NCBI GenBank assembly: GCA_039096225.1
Contig: JBBPEB010000014.1
Location: 1,178,001-1,242,000 of the forward strand
DNA: 64,000 bases
Origin: Blastocystis sp. Blastoise
Taxonomy: Eukaryota > Protista > Bigyra: Opalinata
Reading direction: 5' to 3'
Position numbers and translations under genes: made by a program. Shown one piece after another: positions 17,381 through 31,200 of the stretch (positions are counted from its first letter, which is position 1; every line of letters starts with the position of its first letter). The notes under the pieces were generated by a model that ran no database searches, had not been told where the DNA came from, and worked only from the letters and a program-made list of their open reading frames with translations.

Positions 17381-18757
17381 AAATTATTAAACTTCTTGCG
17401 TATATAATAAAAACACTTTTTATCTTTAAAAATAAACAGTATTTTGAAAAAAAAAAGCAAATCATTAGTCAAATATTTCAAATAATCGCAATTATAGTAA
17501 AGAGATTAAAAAAACACATTAGTATTTCAAGTCTTTGTATTTCGAGTGATACTCTTTTTATTGTTATTTTTATACTCTAGATGTATTCAGCAGGAAGATT
17601 ATTTTTGTAAAAATTAGTTTTCGCAATATTTTCGTTCCATAGAACAATAAGTGGATATTTTATATTCTTATTGGTTCTATATCGTTCAAATCAATGATTC
17701 TATGCTATTTTAAGAATTACTGAATATATTTTATTGTAAGATGATGTAATATACTTGACTGAGGATAGTTTGTCCATATCGAGTATCTTTTATTCTTGTA
17801 TAGATTTTATGAAAATATGTAGTAAGACTTGATGATTGCATGTAGATATAACTTATGTATTTATTGTATTGATGTTTAAAGATTCTAACGAATCATTTCA
17901 AATAACAATTTTTATTTTCAAATTTATCTTGATTTATTTCGTAGAATGAGTTGCTTGTGTTATTGCTAATAATAAACAATGATTTAATACTAAGGAATCA
18001 TTATAAAATAGAAAAAAAAACTTGAAATCTTAGTATCTCCTAAATCTCCATATATAGATTGAATAATTCTGATCATTTATTATTATAAAATAAATCTTGC
18101 AATGAATTCAGTATTAATTCTTAAATTTTTTGGCGTAGAAGATCAGATATGTGTCAATCATTCATTCCGTTTCTTCATTATTAGCAATTAATAGTTTCGT
18201 ATAGTTCCAAATGCTTTTAGACATACCTGATTGCCTGATAAACTACTAAAATTCTTGAAACAAATGAACGATAAAATAAGACCACTTTCACACAACTTTC
18301 GGCAATAATTTATGAATACTCATTCCACTATGTATGTTTGCACACATTTTCAATAGAAATCCATGTAATACAATAAAAAAATAGGCAAAAAACAGCATTA
18401 AAAAAATATTTTATAGACAAGCGAAATGGAGATAAAATGGAGATTATAGTATCTCAGAAAAAGAGAAAAAGAGAACTTTATGCCAATAAAAAAAAGTTCA
18501 TTTAATGAGGATCACAAGTTAATCTCAACACAAAAATCTTGATCTCAATACATTCTTATTTGAGATTTTTATGGATAGATTCTCCAATTGGGTGAGACTA
18601 TTGGTTGTCATCCTATTAAGTGCCATATAATGAGATTTGTTTGTATTTCCCCTATCAAATATATAAAAATAAGGTGAATTATATTATTGCTGAACCCTTT
18701 AAGATAAAAAAGAAAAAAACAAAAATAAAATTTTGTTATAATTCTTTTATTGTGTTT

Positions 18758-21186
18758 ATGAAAATGAACTATTTCGTTTTTGCTTTATTAGTAGTTTGTG
18801 CTGCTGCTATTAAGCCTATTGATGGCTTCCGTCCTCCAAGTGTTCCTCTTATTGTCATGGATCCTTATACATCGTAAGTCTTCGTCGTTATTTTTTTGTT
18901 TAATAATATGTTTCTATCGTATGTATATATAGTATTTGGTCTCATAGTGATAATCTTTATGATACTTGGCCTGGCCACTGGAGTGGTTCCACTATGGCTA
19001 TGTGTGGTATGATTAGAATTGATGGAAAGGCTTATAGGTATGTATATTTTTAATGATTATAGTTTTTAAGTTTAGTTCTCTTTTTATTATTATTATTATT
19101 TTTTATATTATATTTATTATATAATTATTACAGATGGATGGGTCTTGATTCTGATGGTATTAAAGCTCATGTTACTCAAAAGAGTGTTGTCGTTTTCCCT
19201 ACTCGTACTGTCTATGTTTTTGAACAAGATAATGTATATTATTGTTCTATTTATTTTTATATTTTTTATATTTTTATTACTATTATAATTATATATTATT
19301 GTTATATAATTATATTTATTTATTATATATATATTTATATTAGGTTGAATTAACTGTTACTTTCTCTACTCCTGATTTCATTGATAAACTTGAATATGTT
19401 ACTCTTCCTTATTCTTATATTCAATATTCTATAAAATCTCTTGATAATAAGACTCATAGTGTTCAACTTTATTTTGATAATACTGCTGAAATGGCTACTG
19501 GTAAGACTTCTCAATGGGTTGATTGGCAATATGAAGAAACTGAAGGATATACTACTATGTCTGTTGGTCATACTAATGCTGATATTTTTGTTGATAGAGA
19601 TGATCGTATTTCTTGGGGTCGTTGGTATATTTCTACTCCTAATACTCCTTTTGTAAAATCTGCTACTGCTCTTGCTAGAGATTCTAGATTATCTTTTGCT
19701 AATAATACTGCTTATCCTAAGAATGAAACTGAAACTCGTCAATGTAATGATCAATGGCCTGTTCTTAGTTATACTTTTGATTTCGGTTATGTTAGTTCTT
19801 CTCCTGTTGAACAATATATGATAGCTGCTTATGATGTTGTTTATGCTATTCGTTATTTTGGATCTAATTTTGAACCTTATTGGAAACGTAATTTCAAGAA
19901 TATGAATGAACTTATTCAAAGTGCTCATGCTAACAGATTAGAAAACTATAAATTAATGGAAGAATTCGATAATAATCTTATGGAAAAGATTTATAAGAAA
20001 GTTCCTAATGATGAATATCTTACTATGACCACTCTCGTTTATAGACAAGTATATATAGAGGCTTTATTATTATTTTTTCTTTTTTTTTAAATAATATATC
20101 TATTATTGTCTTTTATTATTATTATTTTAATATTATATTATGAATATTATTATATTAAAATTATTCTAGGTAACTGCTGCTATTGAACCTGTTTGGAATC
20201 ATGTTGAAAAGAAGGTTTGGGTATTTATGAAAGAAATTTCTTCTAATGGTGATCTTTCGACTGTTGATGTTATTTATCCTGCTATTCCTCTTTATTTATA
20301 TCTTGCTCCTGAAACTTTCAAACTTATATTAGAACCTATTATGGAATATGCTAATGTTGAAACTGGTAAATATGGTTGGTCTACTCCTTATGATTTTGAA
20401 TGGGCTCCTCATCATATTGGTGTTTGGCCTATTGCTGATCTTAAACAAGAAGATCAAGAAAATATGCCTGTTGAAGAAACTGGTAATATGCTTCAAATGA
20501 TTTTAGCTATTATTCAAAGAACTGATAACGATCTTGAATGGATGAATAAATATTGGCCTCTTCTTAAGAAATGGGCTGATTATTTAGTTAAATTCCTTCC
20601 TGATCCTGGTGATCAATTATGTACTGATGATTTCATGGGTCCTTCTCCTCATAATATTAACTTAGCTATTAAGGGTATTGTTGGTCTTGGTGCTTATGCT
20701 GAATTATTAAAAATTAAAGGAGAAAAAGAACAAGCTGATCTTTATGAATCTTTAACTAAAGATTATTATAGTTGGTATAAGACTATGGCTTATGATAATG
20801 ATCATTCCAGATTACAATATGATCTTCCTAATACTTGGTCTCTTAAATATAATATGGTCTTCCAAAAGGTTATTGGTGTCACTATTTTCTCTGATGAAGA
20901 TATGTCACTTGAAGCTACTTATTATCATGATCAACATCTTAATAAATGTGGTGTTCCTCTTGATAACAGAGCTACTTTCACTAAAGCTGATTGGTTAATG
21001 TGGTCTGCTTGTATGGGTACTGAAGAACAATTCAAGGCTATTGTTCATGGTATGTATACTTTTGCTAACACTACTCCTTCCAGAGCTCCTTTCAGTGATT
21101 GGTATCAAACTGTTGACGACTGTACTGTTGTTGGATTCCGTGCCAGACCTGTTATGGGTGGTCTTTACATGCCATTATTATTGTAA
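18758..21186 (+). CDS. Secreted glutaminase A (GtaA)-like protein, DUF4965/DUF5127/DUF1793 six-hairpin family
   Basis: Five exons. Signal peptide then FRPPSVPLIVMDPYTSIWS; FMKEISSNGDLSTVDVIYP, WAPHHIGVWP, ENMPVEETGNML, DQLCTDDFMGP, WSLKYN, TKADWLMW, PFSDWY, GFRARPVMGG. Strong NNT codon bias. Confidence 0.92.
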
Positions 21187-21702
21187 TCCAATTTTATAGA
21201 GCATGGTTATCTAAATTTCTTTTGTTTTATAACTAGAAGTTTCTCCTAAATAATATATACTCTTGTTTTGTTAATTTATAACTTTTATTAAAGATCATCT
21301 TCGATCATCCTATGCTAAATATCTAAAAACAAATTATTATAATAAAACTTTACATATATATAAAACAAAATCATATTAATAATGATTTGTTATACATTAT
21401 AAATAGACTTTTGACATTTAAAACGAAATTTTAAAATAATTTTTCATTTTTTATTGTTGTTATTTATTAGAATTGCAATTTTTGATTATTTCGTCTATAT
21501 TTTTGTTGAAATCCGTATTTTATTATTATGTTACTATGAATATTACTATATATAATCATTTTAGCATTGTATTTTTCGTATATTCAAAACATTTCTGGTT
21601 ATTGTTGTGTAATTTGTTGTTCAACTCAGTTATCGTCTATTGCAATATACAGAACAAGTTATCAGTATATATTATTAAGGTCAAAAATGATATTCTTTAG
21701 AT

Positions 21703-24700
21703 ATGTCCAACGATGATCACAGCTCAAAGAATTCTAAACATCATTCTAACAAAACCTACGTGTATATATCTTAATTTAAATTAATTCCAGTTGATATAGA
21801 ACAGATATATTTGTTGGATTACCCGATGATATTCACAACTTTTTACAACAGGCCATCATTATTATATCCTTTTTATATTATATAAAATAATACACAACAC
21901 TATTATTATAATTTAGTTGTATGCACACTTAACTTGTCTACATTAGTAAGAATTCGCTTTTATCGTCTAAAGTAACGCTTCATGAACTCTTTGATTTATT
22001 AAGAATGTATATTTATTTCATTAAATCATCATTTGCTATTAATATTATATAGAAATGATGGTGATATTGATAAGACACTTCTTTCTCTTACTAACTTGTC
22101 AGATTCATCAACTCTTTCAAATCTACCTCTTAATGAATGGAATCATCAAGAAATAAATCAATTTGAAAATGGTATTTATATCAATTATTATAGTATTAAT
22201 TATTATTATTATTATTATTATTATTATTTTTTAAATATTTATCTATCTAATAATAATAATTATATAATCAATTTAGCTATTCATTCAAAGACAAACCTTT
22301 TAAAGATAAAATCGTTGTTAAAGAAATCATGTATTGAAATTCTTTGTTATTATTATACATATTATGAACCTACAACTTTATTAATTCATAGGTATTCATA
22401 TAAAGTGATATATATATATATATTTTAATTAAAAGAAAAACTTATTTTATTGAAACTATATATATTTATATGAATATTTTTTAAATATTGTTATATTTAT
22501 TTAGTTTACGTTCTTCAGATTTATTCACTTCTAAAACAGGGAATCGTATTCCTTTACAAAAGCTGCCTTTATTAGTACCTATTTCTTCCTCTTCTTCTTC
22601 TTCTTCTTCTTTATCGTCACATTCTTCTTTATCGTCACATTCATCCACTACACATAAATCCAATAAAACTAATAAATCTACTAATTCTATAGTCACTTCA
22701 ACATATTCTCAAATAAATATAAATCCAAATCCTTCTCGATCTTTATTCCATTATGATCAACAAAAATGCTCTTCTTCTTATTTATATATGATCCCTATAT
22801 TACAGTCTAATTCATCTATTCATTCTCAATCCTCAGACTCCGATCAAATTCCACCATTAACAGAAATCAATAACCATATCAACTCTATATTAACAAGAAA
22901 TGAAAAAATTGAAGATATAGGTGATTCTTTAGATATAGTACCAAATGAAGATGATAAAGTAACTGAAGTTAATAGTGTTTTAAATATAATATCAAATGAA
23001 GATGATAAGTTAGATGATATTAATAATTCTTTAGATATAGTATCAAATGAAGATAATAAAATAATGGATATAAATAATTCAAATATAGTACAAAGTGAAG
23101 ATGATAAGTTAGATGATATTAATAATTCTTTAGATATAGTATCAAGTGAAGATAATAAAATAATGGATATGAAAAATTCAAATATAATATCAAATGAAGA
23201 TGATAAAATAACTACTGCTAATAATTCAAATATAATATCAAATGAAGATAATAAAATAACTGATATTAATAATTCTTTAGATATAGTATCAAATGAAGAT
23301 AATAAAATAACTGATATTAATAATTCTTTAGATATAGTATCAAATGAAGATGATAAAATAATGGATATGAGTAATTCAAATATAATATCAAATGAAGATG
23401 ATAAAATAATTGATATGAAAAATTCAAATATAATATCAAATAAAGATGATAAAATAATTGATATGAGTAATTCAAATATAAATCCAAATGAAGATGATAA
23501 AATAATTGATATGAGTAATTCAAATATAAATCCAAATGAAGATGATAAAATAATGGATATGAAAAATTCAAATATAATATCAAATGAAGATGATAAAATA
23601 ACTGCCGCTAATAATTCAAATATAAATCCAAATGAAGATGATAAAAAAATTAATATAAATAATTCTTTAGATATAAAACCAAGTGAAAATGATACAATAA
23701 CTGATATTAATAATTCGATACGTTTTACATCAAATGAAACTGAAGATATATTAATAAATAGTTCAACTTCAACTATTCATTCTATTGATTCTAAAACTGA
23801 ATCTAATTTAGAAGATATTAATATTTTTCCATCTCCTTTAACAATAATTGAAACAATACTTCCTAAGCAAGTACTTCCTAATGATTCTACACTCGATATC
23901 AAGAAACCTATAGAGAACTCTTTAGTTATATCTTCTAATGATAATCAAAATACTCAAATTATAGTTGACAATAACACTTCTTCTTCTTCTTCTATTATTT
24001 CTTCAAATCAAACTGTATCTCAAAATCCTATTCTTTCTCCTAAGAATGTAATTTCTTCGAACACTATTGAAATAGAACTCATTATTCCCAATGATATATC
24101 ATCTACAGAACCCATAAATAATATACAACAAAATTCTGACAGTAACACACTGAAGACAGATAATAAATTAATTAAAGATACCAATAAAATGTATTCTAAT
24201 CAAGGTATATATTCAAATAATAATATAGAGAATAATCTATCCCAAAGGGATACTGTAATACCAACAACTCTCTATCCTTTATATACAAGTATATTTAAGA
24301 AAAAAGACTCTAAACTTATATCTATAAAACAACCAAATAACTATATACATACTAACCCAATATTATCTCAAGAGAAAGAATTATCGTTATCAGTTCAAAA
24401 TACAAATATAATAAATGGTATATATTATTAACATTATTTACTTAATAACTATTTATATATAAATTATATTATTATTTGTTATATATAGACCAACTTGATA
24501 ATATCTTATCTTCATCTGAAACTTCTTCTAGAGCTCCTAGGAATACTATTCATGAACAATCTCCAAATATTGATATTATCAATAATCCATTGGCTAATTC
24601 TGATCAAAAACAAAATACTAATGTAAATAATAACGATCTAAAAACAAATATATATGCGTCACAACAACAAGAAGAAGAAAGTATTTCGAAGAATAAAATC

Positions 24701-27535
24701 ATAAATGATATTACTCATTCTAAAGAAGAAATAAATTTAACTATAAATGATTTAAATCAAAAAGAGTTGCTACTTTCTCAATCACATGAAGAAACAAATA
24801 ATATTAATTACGATAAGAATAGCAACGATTATTTTATTAAGGAGACAGAAATCAATATAGATGATACTGTTATGATTGAACATATTAATTCTATGGAATC
24901 TATTGAAGAAAAAGCTAATGACAATAATATATCTGATGTTACTTCATCTATAGAACATATAAATACTAATAAGAGTACTCCTAGTAATTCAAGTAATTCC
25001 TTAATACAAATCGATGTAGATTCAAATGAAAACAATATAAATAATTCAATTGATTCTTTACAAGAAATGAATGTAATAACTATTAATACCATCCATAATT
25101 CTAATCACTCTTCAAAAGAAGATGAAAGTGATATGAATAATAATATGAATGATAATAATAGTAATCTAAATAGTCCTTTTGATTCTATAGAGAAAATGAA
25201 TCTAAATCCAAATAATATTATAGACAGCTCAGATATCTCTAAAGAACAAATAGAAACAATTATTGAAAAGTCTATTCCACCTACATTACAAATAGATAAC
25301 AATACAAATATAATAATGAAATCTTCTGTTACTGATATTATTAAACCAATGAATAATAAATGCATTTCTAATCAACAAAGTGATTCACAGGAACAAATGC
25401 CTATAGAAACATACGACAAACAAACTTCTACACAGGAAATAACGGATGAAAATCTTATAGCTATCAACCCAAACAATGATAATAAATATCTAATTGTATC
25501 TAATAAAAATCATGAGTTACTTGAAGATATCCAAACAATCGATAGTTCATATATATCAACCATATCTCCTAGTTCTATAGTTCCTATTTCTCCTAGGATA
25601 TCAAAAGAAGAATTAAAGAATAAAAAGGATATCCCTAATATACCTCTTAATGTGTCATTACAATCTGAGTCTTTATCTAGTCTTCCAGGACTATCAATCT
25701 CGAATAATATGGAGACTTCTTCGTCTTTATTAAAGAATAATATACGTGAACGACCCTTAAGAATAAGACAGAAACCATCCGTTTTCGTAGAGATAATACC
25801 TAAGTATATGCGATCACAGCATGGGAAAGGATGGAAAAAACAAAAATCTAAACAGGATAAGTATGAAAATAAATTAAAAATAAAGTCAACTATACATAAT
25901 AATGAATCACCATCTCCATTATTAACGAATAATTCTAATACTCAAGATATATATATGATTAATAAAGATTATAATTTTCAATCAGATTTATTAAGTCCTC
26001 ATGGATCTCCAGTATCTATTTATAGTGATAATATATTATTAAGTAATCAAGATTCGTCACCTACTATACAAAAACAAAGAACGTCAAAAAAGAGTGTTTC
26101 GAAGAAATATAATAAGAATGATCCAAACACACATTCTAAGTCTATTTCTTCAATTATTGATGACCATAAATCAGGTGTTAAAGATTTAGTTATAAAAGAT
26201 GATAGTAAGACGAAGAAAAAAAGGAAATATACTAAATCTAAAGATAAGAATGTAACACATAAGAAGGAGAAGAAACAATCAACAAAAGTATCTGTAAAAG
26301 ACACTATTCCTTCATCAAGAAAACGTAATACACAAAATGCCATATCAACATCTGAAAATAGTTCTATGAATATAGTATATAATGATAATACAAAAGAAAA
26401 AGATTCTATTCAATCATCAGAGAATAGTATTATTATGGATCCATTGGAGGATATCTCTACTTTAGAACAAGAAGATATGGAGACAGTAAATAATAAATCA
26501 ACTGAAAATATCATTCATATAAATAAGTCAGATAATAATAAGAATGAAAATGTTAATAATAAATATGATGTGAATGAAAATAATATGAATGAAAATGATA
26601 ATAATAAATATGATATGAGTGAAAATGATAAGAATAAATATAATATGAATGAGAATAATATGAATGAAAATGATAAGAATGAGAATGATAATAATGAATT
26701 CAATCCAAATAAGAATGAAAATGATAATAATAATAATTTAACAAATTCTTTTTGTGCATCTCTACTAGACACATTTAGTCATATACATCAAATACAAATA
26801 CCTTTTAAAGAACAAAATTTTGAAAATAATAATGAATTTTTATTATTCTACAAGAGTTTATATAATATATATATAAGTGAAGATTATTCATGTTTTTTAG
26901 ATTCAGATATATCCCGTGTGATCCCCGTTGAAATTATGAAACAACCAGATCCTTGTATGAATCACTGCTTTATCTGCAAACAAACGGAAGGATTAGTATA
27001 TATACGTATTGCTTTTTATTTGTAATATATATTAATTGATTAATATTTCTACTATTTCTACTATACTCTATATTTAGGTGTCTTGTTCAGATTGCCATCG
27101 ATGCTTTCATGTTTCTTGCATTCATATATACCCTCCTGTTGATGTATATATAAATATTAATATAAATATCTTTAAAACCAATTTATAAACCTTTTCTCTT
27201 TTTTATTTTATATATTTTTTATATGTATTTATTGAAAATAATAGTTGTTTTTTATTCATCAATATATATATAGCCTTCATGGAAATGTAAAGATTGTGTT
27301 GAGAAAATTCAAATGTGTTCTTTTTGTAGCCGTAGATTCAGTTCTAAGAATCGTCCAATCACGTGCTCTATGTGTTCTAAATTGTATCATAAAGAATGTT
27401 TTACATTATTGGCACATTATAAAGTATTTATATATATATAATATTTTAAGTTATTTTTTTTAGTATTGTATATCTCAAAATAATGTAAATTTAAAAAAGA
27501 AAGATCGACAATTAGATATAGAATTCCTTCAACGT

Positions 27536-27570
<35 letters not shown>

Positions 27571-28204
27571 GTATATATATATATATATAGTAGTATATAA
27601 AGAAGATATATATCCTGCGTCTTGCCTTCCTTCCTATTATTCTGAATTTGATGATTTGAGTGAAGCTAATAATTATATATGCCCTGATCATTTCTGTTCC
27701 TGTTGTTATATACCTCTCTCTCTTCATCCCTCTTCTAAGAATATTCATAAGCCATATGATCAAGATCAACGATTTCAAAAAATGCCAGAAATCCCGTGGG
27801 ATAAAGAGGCTTATTATACGACAAATGAATATATACAATATTCAAAGATATCTATTGATCAAGACTCCAATTCTATATATAAATGTATATATTGCCAACG
27901 ATGGTGGCATGAAGAATGCTTAGAAGATAATGTATATATATCATATATTATATTTCATACTCTATTTATTATTTATTATCTTAGCTATATTATATTATGT
28001 TAGTTATATTTGTTATATATATATTAATAGTTTATATAATAGAATTACATATAGTTTATTATATATTTATAGAAATATAAGTTGTTAGAGAATCATATGA
28101 TTATATGTAAGAAATGTGCAGTTGTGTATGCTTATATATATATATATATGTTTTTCTTAAAGTAATATCATTCATTTTTATTATATTATTTTTAGTATTG
28201 TTTT

Positions 28205-28245
<41 letters not shown>

Positions 28246-31200
28246 TCGTGGCTGAGACGAGATGCACGTGTTTATTCTATTCCAAATAGTATTATATATA
28301 CATATATGCACTATGTAAATAAATATATTATTATTATTATAGTTTGTCCTACCGGTGTGAAATATCCAGAAGAATATTTATCTTCATTTGCTATAAATAG
28401 ATTAGGTGTTCTAAATAAAAATGTATATATATTATTTTTTATATTTATTATAGTTTTTTCGACGAGTAATTATATATCTTTATAGAAGAATAATATGAAT
28501 GAACCTTATCATTTTGGTATATTATGCCAAAGAATATTCATAGATTATTATAATCGACCCCATATTCTATACTCTGAAGTATATATATATATAAATACAT
28601 ATATATATATATATATACATATATATCTTTTAATATTCGCTTTTTCTTATATGGATATATATATATATAGAGTTTATTATTGACTTCACCTCGTTATCGT
28701 CTTACTATCTATTCTAATCCATGTATAATCATTGAAAATGAAAATCCTTCAGTTGTCTTAGCAGATTTTATTAGTGTATATCTATTATTTATTATATATA
28801 TATATATCTAGAACTTTATTTATCCTCCAACAAATTCTTTATTAATTCCAAATGAAATCTTTGGTTATGTGCCTTTAATAAATATGTATAATAGTAGTCC
28901 AATAACGTATTTATATATCTATTTATTAATTGCTATTATTCAAATTTATTCATATTATATACTATTTTTATTAATATTTATTCATTAAAGTATATATATA
29001 TATATATAGTGATAATGCTCATCAAGCCTTAATTAACGAAAATCCAGACCGGTGTATATACTCAATTTATTTATATTCAATTAATTCTATATACAATTAT
29101 TATTCATTCTTTTCTTCTTAACTGTTTCTTTCTGTTCTTAGTCTTATTTATCTATATTGATCTATTTGATTACTGTATATTTATATATATAGATGAATCT
29201 TGCAAATCTGTTTTATCTTCATTAATTAAGGATCGTAGAATAATTCCTTTACTTAATTTCTCTATTTCATTTTGTCATTTCTTTGATATAAACAGTTATC
29301 CCTGTGATTCTATTATGCATAATAATTTATATACACAATATCCTATATATAAAGAATGTTCTATGAATCCATTTTATACTCTTAATCTGTCATTTATATC
29401 TACATTATCTATATTAGAACGCCCTTTTATTCCTATAAATATAGATCATAAACAAGAATTTATTAATAAATCAAATTCACAAATTGAGAAATTCATAGGC
29501 AGAATTACTATTTCTCGATGTAACAATAAGCATTGTTATTCGAAAACCGGTCGTACTACAGCAAAATTGAAGAAATTAAATAATGAATCGCTTATAGTAC
29601 ATAATAGAGATAAACTTGTACGGTTTGTTTTATTCTACTATTCTAGTAATTCAAGAGACTTGATTCCTTCTGATAATGATATTGCAGAGGATGTGAATAC
29701 TGTAAAGAATACACAAAGAAAAGTCAAGAAGAGTAATAGTGGAAACAGAACAAAGACAGTATATAAAGATAATAATAATAATAATGACGATGGTATTAAT
29801 GAGAATAATAATAATGAAGATGATGATATTAGTGATAATAATAATGAAGATAATAATAAGGATGATGATAATAATGATGATGAAGATTATATATATAAAT
29901 ATAATGATCTTCATCATTATGAAAAGAAAATATATAATAGTGATAAAGAAATAGAAACAAATAATGATAATAAAAGAGTATCCAATAGATTACGTGCCAA
30001 AAAGGTTATAAATATGAAGAAAAATAAGGAAAATCTAAAAAACATTGAAAATATAGAAAACATTGAAAATCTAGAAAATATAAAAAATATAGAAAAGAAT
30101 GAAGATAATAATAATAAAGTTTCAGAAGTATCCGAATATAATTGTACGAATACATATATAAATCAATCTAAATCTCAAGATAAAAGGTCTTCACAAAATA
30201 TTTCTTCTAGAGAAATACATAATAATAATGATTCATCAATATTAGTACCTAATAATCCTCTTCATTCACAAGATTTCTCTCCATATAATACTCTATCTCG
30301 TGATATAGCATCTGTATTGAGTGAAGATGATAGGAATGAAGATCAATCACATGATAGTTATATACAACAAGATGAAAGTAGTAATGATGATGATTATGAA
30401 ATAGATCGAAATTCTGATGAAGAAGACATTAATATGATGTATTCGAATCTTTACTCTGATAGTATTAATAATAATCATGAACTAACTTCTCAATCTCCTC
30501 AAGTACACTCTTCAACAGATAGAGATTCAATTGAAGAAATGAAGAATGATTCTATATCACCTTCATCACTTTCATCAGTCCATATATCTCCTTCTCTTTT
30601 TCTTTCTCCTTCTTTTATTCATACTTCTTCTCCTTCTAATCAATCTGCTTCTATTAGTTCTTTAAATTCGCATCTAAGTCAGTCACCTCTATTTCCTGTG
30701 TATTCATCAAATAATAAACCAAGTGAACTCAATAAGGATCTTCAAACAAATACTCAAAATTCTTCTTCTAAGGATAATTCTATATCCTCTCATTCAATAA
30801 TGGAAAATAGTGTAAATATCGATCAATCTTCACCAGTATACTCTATTTCTTCACAGAGTCCTATTTTTATTAATTCACTAAATAATTCAAATAATAATTC
30901 AAATAATAATTCTCAATATAATATTTTAAAGAATAAAGCCAATCAATATATATCAAATAATATACAAGGAGATATCTCTGATACATTACCACTATCATCT
31001 TCTTCATGCCCACCGTTATCAATAGATGAATCAATACATTCACCAATTATACACGATTCTCTTAGATTAAATAACTCTACATATAGAAGTAACTCTATTT
31101 CTGTTACACCATCTGAAATATCTTTGAATACACAGAGTTCTCCTAAACAATTAAACACATATTCCTATCATTCTGTAGGAAATAACTCAAAACGTCTTTA

